DNA of 51,683 nt, from contig JACPID010000016.1 of the NCBI GenBank assembly GCA_016188265.1, positions 1 to 51,683 of the forward strand. The letters are read 5' to 3'. Shown piece by piece: positions 17,730 through 27,244 of the stretch. Made by a program: the position numbers and the translations under genes. Origin of the DNA: Candidatus Woesearchaeota archaeon. GTDB lineage: Archaea > Nanobdellota > Nanobdellia > Woesearchaeales > ARS49. Position 1 is the first letter of the stretch; each line of letters starts with the position of its first letter. The notes beneath the pieces were generated by a model. It was not told the DNA's origin and searched no databases. It worked only from the letters and a program-made list of their open reading frames with translations.

Positions 17730-18476
17730 ATGTCTCGCTATAGAAAAAGAACAATCTATCAAATTATTGTTGAAGCTGGATTAGTTAAATCAAAAAAGCA
17801 AGCGCTTGATCTTGTAAGAAATGAAAAAGTGGCAGTAAATGGACTGCCAATAACTTCATTGCATTATCAAGTAAATCCTAGAAAAAGCAAAATATTTGTT
17901 AATAATAAAGAGATAAAGCTCGAGGATAAAAGAAGATATTTTATTTTCAACAAGCCTAAAGGATTAATTACAACAAAAGAAAACATTCTGAAGTTCTTAA
18001 AAAATCATGTAAAGAGCGAAGAATTATTAGCATATTATCCTGTTGGAAGATTAGATAAAGATACAACTGGCTTATTAATAATAACAAATGATGGACGGTT
18101 AGGAAATAAAATTCTAAATCCTAAACAAAAGATCACTAAAACCTATGAAGTAATTGTTTTAGGAAAAGTGAATGATGCTGATCTTGATAGATTAAGAACT
18201 GGTGTTGAAATTGAGTTAGAAGAAAATAGTAAGATTACAAAGTATAAGACGCAGTCTGCAAAAATCAATATTATTGGCTTTGGAGAGAACACTGCTAAAA
18301 TTGAAGTATGTATAAGTGAAGGAAAGAAAAGACAAGTACGAAGAATGTTTGAAGCTCTTAATTTTAAAATTCTTGACTTGAAAAGAACAAAGATCGGAGA
18401 ATTAGAACTCGGGGATTTGAATGTTGGTGAAATAAAGGAGATGCCAATGCAAGAATTGTTCAAAGCTGTTTTTTAG
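17730..18476 (+). CDS. RsuA/RluB-family rRNA pseudouridine synthase with S4 domain
   Basis: FNKPKG, PVGRLDKDTTGLLIITNDG, EGKKRQVRRMF, LKRTKIG. Confidence 0.93.
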   Translation: MSRYRKRTIYQIIVEAGLVKSKKQALDLVRNEKVAVNGLPITSLHYQVNPRKSKIFVNNKEIKLEDKRRYFIFNKPKGLITTKENILKFLKNHVKSEELLAYYPVGRLDKDTTGLLIITNDGRLGNKILNPKQKITKTYEVIVLGKVNDADLDRLRTGVEIELEENSKITKYKTQSAKINIIGFGENTAKIEVCISEGKKRQVRRMFEALNFKILDLKRTKIGELELGDLNVGEIKEMPMQELFKAVF

Positions 18477-18535
18477 ACTTAAACAGAAACTAATATAAAT
18501 AAAACCTTTTAATTGAAGATAAGGAGGATGATAGT

Positions 18536-18922
18536 ATGATGAATGAGCTTTTGGAAAAATCAGAAGAATACTTGTATTTTGTTTTTAGGGTTTTTGTCGG
18601 GCTTTTATTTGCCCAGCACGGAGCTCAAAAATTATTAGGATGGTTTGGAGGAAAGGCAATGCCTCTAATAAGTATGATGGGTGTTGCAGGAATAATAGAA
18701 TTAGTTGGCGGTTTACTTTTAACTTTAGGATTGCTAACTAGATTTACTGCGTTGGTTACTGCTGTAGAAATGCTAGCAGCATATTTTATGGCTCACGCGC
18801 CTAATGGATTAGCGCCAATAATGAACAAAGGAGAGCTTGCACTGTTATATTTTGCAAGTTTTTTAGTGCTGTCAGCGCATGGCGCTAAAAAGTGGGGTCT
18901 TGACAATCTTTGGAAAAAATAA
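18536..18922 (+). CDS. DoxX-family membrane protein
   Basis: RVFVGLLFAQHGAQKLLG, ELVGGLLL.LGLLTR, NKGELALLY. Confidence 0.9.
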   Translation: MMNELLEKSEEYLYFVFRVFVGLLFAQHGAQKLLGWFGGKAMPLISMMGVAGIIELVGGLLLTLGLLTRFTALVTAVEMLAAYFMAHAPNGLAPIMNKGELALLYFASFLVLSAHGAKKWGLDNLWKK

Positions 18923-18944
18923 TTTTTTTTATAAAATCGTAGGC

Positions 18945-18975
18945 AGAATACCCACGAATTTATTTGTGGGATGAA
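18945..18975. mobile_element. IS200/IS605-type subterminal hairpin remnant
   Basis: CCCACGAA-TTTA-TTTGTGGG stem-loop resembles IS200/IS605 end hairpins; no tnpA/tnpB nearby. Confidence 0.5.
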
Positions 18976-19037
18976 GCCCGTCGTCTCTTTCTAGTATTTG
19001 TACAAGAGTATATCTTCACTGGTTTGTATTGGTTAGT

Positions 19038-19463
19038 TTAATCATCCAATGGACTTTTAATGTTACGAATGCTCTTGTTTGAAACTTTTGTATAAATCAG
19101 TGTTGTGCTAATATCTGAATGCCCTAATAAATCCCTAATGTACCTTATGTCAGTTCCATTTTCCAAGAGATGAGTTGCAAAAGAATGTCTTAAGGTGTGG
19201 GGAGTAATGCTTTTTCTTATGCCTGCCTTAATAGCTGCATTTTCTATGATTTTCTGTATTGTTCTTTGTGTATATTTACCTTCCCTGTTTGTTAAGAAGA
19301 CATATCCTTCTTTGTTAGGAGTCAGATTCATTAAATTTTCTTTAACTTTCAAAGAGAGCATGACAATCCTGTCTTTTTTACCTTTAGCTCGTTTCAGATG
19401 AATGAGATTTCTGTCAAAATCAATATCCTGCCATTTAAGGTTTATTATCTCGCTGATTCGTAT
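19038..19463 (-). pseudogene. N-terminally truncated tyrosine recombinase (XerA/XerC-like catalytic domain)
   Basis: The frame stays open upstream of the ORF-track Met: IRISEIINLKWQDIDF...AKGKKDRIV, then HTLRHSFATHLLENG...LLGH...TTLIYT. No core-binding domain and no start codon before box I. Confidence 0.85.
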
Positions 19464-19680
19464 AAAACATTTTTCCCTAATTGATATTCATCACCCAACC
19501 TACAACAAAATCCCATACTATTGATTAATCCCCATTATATTAAAAACTTTGCCCTTTATTCTTTTTTTAGATAGAACTTCGTTCCTGATTGACGGCCGAC
19601 TCAAAAACTCTAAAATTTTGCCTTCGGCATCGTTGCACTAAATTTTAGGTCTTCCCAGTGGTCAGACGAAACTAACAGGG

Positions 19681-19935
19681 GAAGCCGTCCCACAATTACA
19701 TTCCAAGAGCGAAGAAATTTTTGAGAAACGTAAAATTATAAGAACTTTCCCCACCAATCACCTTATTTTCTCTCATCATTCGATGAATTTTTTCTAAATT
19801 GTGTGCAATGCTGATCAAATTCATCTCAATTTTTGTTTTTTCCAGACCACGAAGAAGAAATTCTCTGAATCCTAAGTTCTGTTTCATGTGTCCGTACACT
19901 GGTTCAACAGTAATTTTTCTTAGCGAATAAATCTT
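19681..19935 (-). mobile_element. IS1182-family transposase C-terminal fragment with its terminal repeat
   Basis: IYSLRKITVEPVYGHMKQNLGFREFLLRGLEK..IEMNL..IAHNL; minus-strand TTGTGGGACGGCTTC right after the stop resembles an IS1182 end. Confidence 0.8.
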
Positions 19936-19964
19936 TAAATTAAATAAATATGGGGTGTATTAAA

Positions 19965-20440
19965 ATGAGAAAATTAAAACAATATGATAGGGAATTTAAA
20001 CTTTCAGTTCTTCAAGAACTTGAAACAAACTCTTTAACTGAAGTTTGTAGAAACCATAATATTTCTCCGTCCACTGTTGCGGGTTGGAAAAAAGTATACA
20101 AGAACAATCCTAAGGAAGCATTTAAGGGTAATGGTAAAAGCTACAAGGAAGAAGTAAAGATTGCTGAGTATGAACGTGTAATTGGAAGATTATACGCTCA
20201 AAATGATCTTCTTAAAAGAGCATATGAAGCAATGAAGGAACAAGTGGCTGATGAGTTAAAAAAAAAAGATTGAGCTTAAAATGATAACTGAATCTAAACT
20301 TCCTATTTCAATTGCTTGCAAGACCTTTGGAATTGATAGAAACTGTTATTACAGGAATAATGGAGAATCCAAAATGATTAATCAAGAAAATGATCTTAAA
20401 ATAAAGAAATTTATCGAAAAAGTGATTCTAAAATTCCCGG
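19965..20440 (+). mobile_element. Truncated IS3-family element (orfA 19965-20273 plus start of orfB)
   Basis: KQYDREFKLSV...HNISPSTVAGWKK...LYAQNDLLK HTH OrfA, an A10 run at 20258-20267, then ISIACKTFGIDRNCYY...ILKFP, cut just before the expected GYRR motif. Confidence 0.8.
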
Positions 20441-20774
20441 TTTGGCTTCTATCATTGCCGAAATGGAGGAGCATAAATTTATTGCTATGATGATTCCTGT
20501 TGGTACTCTTAAAAATAGATAGGATGTTGAAAGAGAAGAAGATACAGCTATCGATAGATTTGTGTGTTATCTCATTCCCGAGAATTTACCACCTCGCCGA
20601 TATACGGAATGGCACGACAGTCCTCATGAAAGATTAGGATGGATAAATTACTATGCCCACAAGCGCTATCCTATGGAACGAGTAATTGCACAAGATACAC
20701 AAAAAATTAGAGAAAATTATCGAAGAAAATTCAAAGAAATGCTTGAAACATTGAAACGGAAAAATAATCCATAA
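20439..20774 (+). pseudogene. Fragment of an unknown gene with an internal TAG
   Basis: One frame reads GLASIIAEMEEHKF...KNR*DVEREED...VCYLIPENLPP...NP*; begins at the IS3 junction. Confidence 0.4.
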
Positions 20775-20823
20775 CTGGCAACAACCCTACTGACAGCATC
20801 CCGGTGGTCTTACTCAGCAAGAT

Positions 20824-20866
20824 TTATTGTCCACAAATAAAATAACAATTAATAATAAGTGGACAA
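20824..20866. repeat. Inverted-repeat site TTGTCCAC-N24-GTGGACAA downstream of fic
   Basis: Arms at 20827-20834 and 20859-20866. Confidence 0.8.
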
Positions 20867-20868
20867 CA

Positions 20869-21777
20869 TTACAGCTTAAACTGCTCAACCACCACTTCAA
20901 ACATTTTCTCACAATATCTTTTAATATCTTTTTGATTATGTAAATCTATTGCCTCGTAGTACTTTTGCCTTAATTTTACTGGCACAAATACTTTTGGATA
21001 TCCTGCTTGCATTAAAATCCAGTTCATTAACGTCCTTCCTGTTCTCCCATTGCCATCCTCAAACGGATGTATTTCTACAAACTGTGCATGAATCAAGCAA
21101 GCCAATACAAATGGATGAATTTTACGCTTATGTTCATAATAAAATTGAATCATTTTTCTCAATAGTGGGCGCACTTCCTCTGGCTCGGGAGGAACATGAT
21201 CTGCCCCTTCAATTTTAACAGGGAAAAAGCGTACTCTTCCAGGATATACCACTCCCGTGTTTTGTGTTAATATCTCATTTACTTTTTCCAGAAACTCGAT
21301 AGTTAACTTTTCTTTGTATTTTTTGATAAACTCAAATGCGTCTCTTCCATTGATCGCCTCGTTATAATCTTTTGGAGGAGCACCCGATGGAATCTGCTTT
21401 TCTTTGATAATCAAATACGTATCTCGTAATGTTAATCTGTTACCCTCGATTGCATTTGAGTTATAAGTAAATCTTATTAAAAAATCTGCTTCCTCCTTCT
21501 CAGCAATAGTTTTTGGTATGGTTTTACGATGGTGATTGAAAATCTCTTTGAAATCATCAATTATTTCTAGTTTATTGGCATCGAGGTAATCCTTGTTGTA
21601 AACATTATATTCCTCAAGCTTAAGCTCTTTGAGTTTCTGTCCAATTTCCTCTTTGGTAGGCTCTTTTTCACCGAGCTTGATTCGTATTTTCTTCCATTCG
21701 TTTTCTCCAATGCGAATAGTCTTTCCGAGATAATAAAACGTCTTTTTTCCCGATTTTATCCTATCAACATAGGCCAT
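20869..21777 (-). CDS. Fic-family protein with N-terminal beta-sheet domain
   Basis: FTYNSNAIEGN and canonical HPFEDGNGRTGR. Confidence 0.95.
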   Translation of the reverse strand: MAYVDRIKSGKKTFYYLGKTIRIGENEWKKIRIKLGEKEPTKEEIGQKLKELKLEEYNVYNKDYLDANKLEIIDDFKEIFNHHRKTIPKTIAEKEEADFLIRFTYNSNAIEGNRLTLRDTYLIIKEKQIPSGAPPKDYNEAINGRDAFEFIKKYKEKLTIEFLEKVNEILTQNTGVVYPGRVRFFPVKIEGADHVPPEPEEVRPLLRKMIQFYYEHKRKIHPFVLACLIHAQFVEIHPFEDGNGRTGRTLMNWILMQAGYPKVFVPVKLRQKYYEAIDLHNQKDIKRYCEKMFEVVVEQFKL

Positions 21778-21783
21778 AACATA

Positions 21784-21827
21784 TTATTGTCCACATTATA
21801 TATAAATCTTTCTATTTTGTGGACAAT
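21784..21827. repeat. Inverted-repeat site TTGTCCAC-N24-GTGGACAA upstream of fic, enclosing its TATA box
   Basis: Arms at 21787-21794 and 21819-21826; the spacer reads AAAGATTTATATATAA on the minus strand. Confidence 0.8.
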
Positions 21828-21833
21828 ACAAAC

Positions 21834-22790
21834 TATAGCTAGTGACATAAATATTTATACAAATCTAAGTTAAATCTTTTTGTGCGATAATAAGTAATTA
21901 CTGCTTTTTTAAATTCATCAAATGAATTAAAGAATTTTGAGCCTAGAACATCATCTTTACCTTGATTCCAACATTCTTCTATAGGGTTTGCTTCAGGAAA
22001 CCCTGATGGAAACCACATTACTTCAATATGATCCCTGTGCTTTTTTAGAAATCTTTTTACCCTTGCTTCTTTTTTATGCCATGTTGCTTTGTCCATGAAT
22101 AATATCATTTTTTGAAATCTTCTGAGAAGGGCATGTAGATACTTAAGAAATCCATCACTGTTTGCTTCTGGGTAAGTTCTGAAGCATTGTCTTCCGTCTT
22201 CTGAAATAGCTCCGTAGAAAACAATTTTTCTGTGAGAACCTGTAGCAAAAATTTTAGGTTTACTTCCCTTAACCGCCCATACTGAACGTATTTTCACGTC
22301 GTAAATGAAAATACTTTCATCTTCTGCAACAATCACATAATTTAACGGTTGACGTGCCAGAAATTCTTTGTTTTTTTATGAAATCATCACGATCTTCTTG
22401 CTTTGAAAAAGCATAACGAGGGCGTGGCTTTATTTTTCCTAAACCCCAAGATTGTGTTATCCTGATGGCCTGTCGAAAGCTATATTTTACACCTGCTTCT
22501 TCATAGATAAGCTGGCGGATTTGTTTTGTTTGCCAACCTTGTTTAATATTATGTCTTCGTACAACACGGCGTAATTTTTGTTCTACTTTTTGGTTTATTT
22601 TTCTAGGCCTTCCTTGCTGTTTTTTAGTGTTTAAACCACGAACGCCAAGTTGATCATATCTTTTTTTCCAATAATCAACCTTACCATGTGTGCAACCATA
22701 TAAGGCTGCCACTTCACGCAATGGTTTGCGATGCGCATCACGAACCATACATTAAACTTTTAGCGTAGCGACCTCTGCAAGAGGGAAAAG
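21834..22790 (-). mobile_element. IS630-family element with split transposase (HTH ORF 22317-22748, DDE ORF 21839-22336), 5' end degraded
   Basis: HTH/winged-helix ORF (YWKKRY...GRPRK...WQTKQI) and DDE ORF (EDES, MDKATWHK, PEANPIEECW). An A7 run at 22371-22377 joins the frames; the element ends at a TA. Confidence 0.88.
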
Positions 22791-22813
22791 TTTAAGTTAA
22801 ATGGTTTGCGTGA

Positions 22814-22834
22814 GAAACCCCTAGCTTTAGCTGG
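22814..22834 (+). mobile_element. Truncated IS200/IS605-type end motif
   Basis: GAAACCCCTAGCTTTAGCTGG resembles the GAAnCCCC...TTTA...GGGG end hairpin. Confidence 0.45.
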
Positions 22835-22852
22835 ATTTATTTTGTGAGTAGG

Positions 22853-23593
22853 TCATTTTTTCTTTTTATTCATTGATTGCAGAAATTCTAGTGGAAGAGG
22901 AATAATAAATTTTTGTGAAGGATCAGAAGCAATATCTGAAATTGTTGCAAGAGTTCTTAGGTGAATGCTTGCTGGCGACTTAGCAAGTGTTTCACCTGCT
23001 TTTCTTAAGTTTTCAGCTGATTTAACTTCTCCTTCAGACTTGATGATTGTTGCACGTTTTTCTCTTTCTGCTTCTGCCTGAGCAGCCATTGCTCTCTTCA
23101 TACTTTCAGGAAGTTCAACTTGTTGAATCTTTACTTCTTGCACATCAACGCCCCATGGGTCTGTTCCTTTATCAAGTATAGATTTGATTTCTCCAGCAAT
23201 TTTTTCACGATTAGAGAGCACAGTGTCAAGAGATTCTTTTCCTATACTATCTCTTAATGCTGCTCTTGCAAAAAGAATAACTGCTTCAGTATAATTTTCT
23301 ATATTAAGCACTGATTTTTCAGGCTCTTTAACATGATAATAAACAACAGCATCAACATGCACAGGAACATTATCTTCAGTCATGCATTCTTGAGGTTGAA
23401 CATCAACAGCAAAAGTACGCAAATCAACTTTTTCAACAGTATCAATAAAAGGAATAATCCATCGCAAACCAGGTTTAATTACATCTTTATATTTTCCTAA
23501 ACGAAAACGAACAAGCCTTTGGTATTCATAAACCAAACGAAAACCTAACAAAACAAGAATAATAAAAATCGCGCCTAAAATAAACCAGACCAT
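22853..23593 (-). CDS. SPFH/stomatin (band 7) family protein
   Basis: EYQRLVRFRLG, VDLRT, TEDNVPVHVDAVVYY, AMAAQAEAEREKRA. Confidence 0.93.
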   Translation of the reverse strand: MVWFILGAIFIILVLLGFRLVYEYQRLVRFRLGKYKDVIKPGLRWIIPFIDTVEKVDLRTFAVDVQPQECMTEDNVPVHVDAVVYYHVKEPEKSVLNIENYTEAVILFARAALRDSIGKESLDTVLSNREKIAGEIKSILDKGTDPWGVDVQEVKIQQVELPESMKRAMAAQAEAEREKRATIIKSEGEVKSAENLRKAGETLAKSPASIHLRTLATISDIASDPSQKFIIPLPLEFLQSMNKKKK

Positions 23594-23629
23594 GTAAGTA
23601 TTAATAAAAATCAAACTTTATAAAGATTT

Positions 23630-26182
23630 CTATCGCTTAAAAGCTTCGAGTTTTTTCATAATCTCCCTTGCATTAACAGCATACCAATCATCAAATGGAG
23701 GCCCATAAATACAAGCAGTTGTTTCTATATTGCAAGTTTTTATTTGATTGTTCATTACTGAATTATAAGTTGGCCTAATATTAGTTCGGCATTCAACTCC
23801 GCAATCTCCTCCGCAAGTTGGATAATAACCTATTTCTTTTGTTTGTGAAGCTAGATCTCCCCACAATTGTTCTGCGCTTTGCCTGGATGGTGCACAATTT
23901 TTTCCTTCTTCTTGGAATGTTCCTGTTAAGCTTTGTCCTCTACTCATTACACTGGCTATGCTTGATTGAAATAATCCTTGTGGTTCTTTTGTAAGTGTTG
24001 TTGTTGCATAATTCTGTGATTCAATATTATTGTAATACTCATCCTTAAGTTTTGCAAATCCATGGCCAAATTCATGAGTGAGCAGTCTTCCAGGATAATC
24101 TTCTCCTACAATAGAAATAAAACAAGGGCTTCCAAAATAACAAAAAGAACGATATCTGTTAATTGGAGAAATCACAATTATGTAATCTTTTTGAGGACAA
24201 TTATTGCTTAAAGAATAAACATCTTTCAGTGATGGGGTTATTGCTCCTGAAGAATCTTTTTCATAATTAAGTTTAGAATTTAATATCCAAATATTGAATT
24301 TATCTTTGTTTGATTGAAATGGTTCTCTGGAAAATAATCCTTCTTTTTTCGTGCCTTTTTCAACTCCTGAATAATCTATGACATCTAAAACAAATTTTTT
24401 AAACCTGTCTTTTGTTGTAAATCCATCGCCAATAAAAAGAACATCTGCTTTTGTTGATGAATCACCATTATATACTAATTTTTCACACTGTTTTGAAAGC
24501 GTGATATGCAAAGGCGGCGAAGGGTATTCTGTTGCTATGTGAAGATTTGTTAAGTCAACTGTTATTTTTGCTTTTAGCATTCCTTTGAAAAGTGCAGGTA
24601 TTTTACTTGAAATTCCGTTTTTTATTTCATTATAAATAAATCCAGTAAGCTCTTTTTTAACTTCCTCAAGTTCTTCAGAACCAGGACATGTTGTATCAAT
24701 CATCACGCTTCCAAAATTTTTTTCTTCAACGCAAAAAGTTATTGCTTTAACTTGATCTCTTGCATTTCTAACTTTATTTTTTAGAAATTTAGGCATTCCT
24801 TTAATACTAAAATGAATATAGTTGCCTAATTGTTCTGCAACATAAGTTTTTCCTTCTTTTCTTGAAAGTTCCTGGCAATCAACAGGGCTGTTAACCTCAA
24901 GAATGTTTGCTGTTTTACATTTAAGCCCTTTTGCAGGCACTTCTTTATAACACTCGCCAGTATTAGAATTGCATGAATTGCCTTCAGGACAACTGCATTG
25001 ATTGCAATTTTGCATAATTTTTTTATCAGAACTACAATATTCTGGTCTATTGCTTAAACATGAATTTGGCTTTTCACAAATTGTTGCAAGGCAGGCATCA
25101 CAAGAACCACCGCAATCAATACCAGTTTCATCGCCATTTTTTATGCCATCATTGCAAGTCTCTTTGCAAACAGGTATTTTCCAAGACCAGTACACTTCTT
25201 CAACACAAACTCCTCTGCTGCAAGTTATTTGACTGCATGAACACCCCTCATAGTTGACTATTGTTGTATTTGTATTAGGGCATCTGTCTCTACTGTCAGG
25301 AATGCCGTCAAAATCAGAATCTTTATAATTCATATCTGTTGAAGTAAAATAAGTGTAAAAATCAAGAACATTTACATCTTTTAATTCTTTAAATAAAATA
25401 TATGATTTATTTACTTGATTTCCATTAAGTACAAATTTATTAACAATAAAATTGTTAAGTACAAAACTTATTAAATCAGTATTTTTAGATTCTATATTTA
25501 AGGGACCGTATGTGCCTTTTTCAAAAGAACTTAAAAAAGTTTTAGCAGTGCTTAATTTTGAAAAATAAATTTTTCCAGCATCATAACTTTTACCATCAGA
25601 ATAATATACTCTTCCTTGTATTGTTTTATTTGTTAATTCAAAATCAGCAGCATCAATATCTAATTGAGTAGGATCGAAAATAAAATTTCCTTGATATTGA
25701 TTATTATAAAATAAATTTGCAGTTAATACTTCCTCAAGATTACTATCGTCTATTATAAAACTAATAATAATATTGCCCGACGTTGTTTTAAGACTGGGAA
25801 TTTTAATAGTAGTGCTTATTTCGTCTTTTTCTTCAAAAAAATAAGCTTCAGAGAATTCTTGAAAATCCAATTTAAATGAATTAATGATAAGGGTATTATT
25901 TTCTAAATTAACAAGTATTTGCCCTACGGGGGTGTTATTATACTTTATAACTTGTTGCTTAGAATCATTTATTACATTAAATAATTGAAAACGCAACTGT
26001 CCTATAGAATTATTATTTTTTGATAAACTAAAAGTTAATGTATTAGAATAAGTTGGTGTAGATATGCTCTTATTTTCAATATCAATGCTTATTTTTACTT
26101 TTCCAGTTAATTCAAAACCTAGAGCAGAAGGGATATAAAATATAATTAACCCGAAAATTACAAACCACAAACTTAACTTCAT
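23630..26182 (-). CDS. Large secreted protein with Cys-rich/TSP3-like repeats and C-terminal M64-like zinc peptidase
   Basis: Signal peptide; DSDFDGIPDSRDRCP; TCNDGIKNGDETGIDCGGSC; DVLFIGDGF...EPF...FNIW; LTHEFGHGFAKLKDEY; RPTYNSVM. ATGA coupling to the upstream gene. Confidence 0.8.
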   Translation of the reverse strand: MKLSLWFVIFGLIIFYIPSALGFELTGKVKISIDIENKSISTPTYSNTLTFSLSKNNNSIGQLRFQLFNVINDSKQQVIKYNNTPVGQILVNLENNTLIINSFKLDFQEFSEAYFFEEKDEISTTIKIPSLKTTSGNIIISFIIDDSNLEEVLTANLFYNNQYQGNFIFDPTQLDIDAADFELTNKTIQGRVYYSDGKSYDAGKIYFSKLSTAKTFLSSFEKGTYGPLNIESKNTDLISFVLNNFIVNKFVLNGNQVNKSYILFKELKDVNVLDFYTYFTSTDMNYKDSDFDGIPDSRDRCPNTNTTIVNYEGCSCSQITCSRGVCVEEVYWSWKIPVCKETCNDGIKNGDETGIDCGGSCDACLATICEKPNSCLSNRPEYCSSDKKIMQNCNQCSCPEGNSCNSNTGECYKEVPAKGLKCKTANILEVNSPVDCQELSRKEGKTYVAEQLGNYIHFSIKGMPKFLKNKVRNARDQVKAITFCVEEKNFGSVMIDTTCPGSEELEEVKKELTGFIYNEIKNGISSKIPALFKGMLKAKITVDLTNLHIATEYPSPPLHITLSKQCEKLVYNGDSSTKADVLFIGDGFTTKDRFKKFVLDVIDYSGVEKGTKKEGLFSREPFQSNKDKFNIWILNSKLNYEKDSSGAITPSLKDVYSLSNNCPQKDYIIVISPINRYRSFCYFGSPCFISIVGEDYPGRLLTHEFGHGFAKLKDEYYNNIESQNYATTTLTKEPQGLFQSSIASVMSRGQSLTGTFQEEGKNCAPSRQSAEQLWGDLASQTKEIGYYPTCGGDCGVECRTNIRPTYNSVMNNQIKTCNIETTACIYGPPFDDWYAVNAREIMKKLEAFKR

Positions 26183-27066
26183 CCTACACACCATCCGCCA
26201 ATATTTTTGTTTTTAACAGCAAACTGAAAAGCAAAAGGCATTTGTCCTCTTTCCAACGGTTGGGCATCGACAAATCTCATGCCGTATCTTTTCAATAGTT
26301 TATCGCCATAAACATAAATATTTAACAACTTATCTTCTGAAGAATACTTTGCACAATTTGAGCTTACATCATATATTTGCACAGGCAATGCATTTTCAAG
26401 AAGCTGTTTTACTTTATTATAAACTAAGCCAAGTCTTACTGGTATTGTTGTAAATGCTTCTTCAACAAGTATTCTTTGGCCTGAACGTTCAATGAGCAAA
26501 GGATAAATTGCTTTGATAAAGACATCATTGTCTCTAATAATTGCATTAACTGTAACAGGTTTTGAACTGTGGGGTATTAATGCTTTTGAAAAATCAAAGT
26601 TAATTGATTCAAAATCTATATTAGGTTTTTTTACAATAAATCCTTGTTGTTCAAAACGAGTTGTATTCAAACAATTATTTAATTCTGCAACAACATATTT
26701 TGAAATTGTATTTTCAAGTTCTTCCTTAGATCTTAAAATAATATTAGTAGAAGTAAGTACATAAGGAAGCATTCCTGTTTCAATAAACATGTGCGCTTCA
26801 GCAGGGATTCCATCGCCAGGCTCACCGTGTTTGTAACTTCCTAAAGGATTAATGTATCCTCCTCCAGATCCAATTAAATAAATTGCTTGTTCTGCTGTTT
26901 CTTTTAAACAACTTTGAAGATATTCTTGAAGTTCTTGTTTTTTCTCTTCTATTGATTGAGCTCCGCCAATAATAATTGTTTTTGACACAAGCACTATTAA
27001 TAAACTAAGAACTACAAGTATTATAATGCCTAAAATAATAAATATAGTCACCTGCGCTTTTTTCAT
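26179..27066 (-). CDS. Surface protein with class-III (prepilin-like) signal peptide
   Basis: MKKAQ-VTIFIILGIIIL...; SCL...IGSGGGYI...CL pattern. Confidence 0.75.
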   Translation of the reverse strand: MKKAQVTIFIILGIIILVVLSLLIVLVSKTIIIGGAQSIEEKKQELQEYLQSCLKETAEQAIYLIGSGGGYINPLGSYKHGEPGDGIPAEAHMFIETGMLPYVLTSTNIILRSKEELENTISKYVVAELNNCLNTTRFEQQGFIVKKPNIDFESINFDFSKALIPHSSKPVTVNAIIRDNDVFIKAIYPLLIERSGQRILVEEAFTTIPVRLGLVYNKVKQLLENALPVQIYDVSSNCAKYSSEDKLLNIYVYGDKLLKRYGMRFVDAQPLERGQMPFAFQFAVKNKNIGGWCVG

Positions 27067-27072
27067 TTGTTG

Positions 27073-27192
27073 TGGATACCTGTTGCTTGCAACGGCGGGG
27101 TTAATGCTGTGTATATCCTGTCGAAGGTATTCGCAACATTAAAAATCCTAACACTCATTGACTATAATACCCGCCACTTGCGGCGGTTGGGA
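27073..27192. mobile_element. Short non-autonomous IS200/IS605-like (PATE-like) element
   Basis: Two same-orientation GC hairpins, ATACCTGTTGCTTGCAACGGCGGGG and ATACCCGCCACTTGCGGCGG, about 90 bp apart in AT-rich DNA. Confidence 0.5.
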
Positions 27193-27244
27193 TTTTTATT
27201 TATTATTATAAATCTGATTGTTTTTATATAATTTATGCTGATTA

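Noticed and set aside
19038..19463. Integron integrase (IntI)
   Set aside because: The C-terminal motif is IntI-like, but the IntI-specific insertion before the HxLRH box is absent and the gene is truncated. The repeats in the window lack clear RYYYAAC/GTTRRRY ends.
20827..21826. TTGTCCACA as DnaA boxes or a replication origin
   Set aside because: Archaeal context with no dnaA or cdc6 nearby; only two pairs, and their geometry is tied to the fic gene.
18945..22834. Intact provirus, TnpB/IscB system or retron/DGR
   Set aside because: No capsid, terminase, RuvC nuclease or reverse transcriptase ORF; only IS fragments are present.
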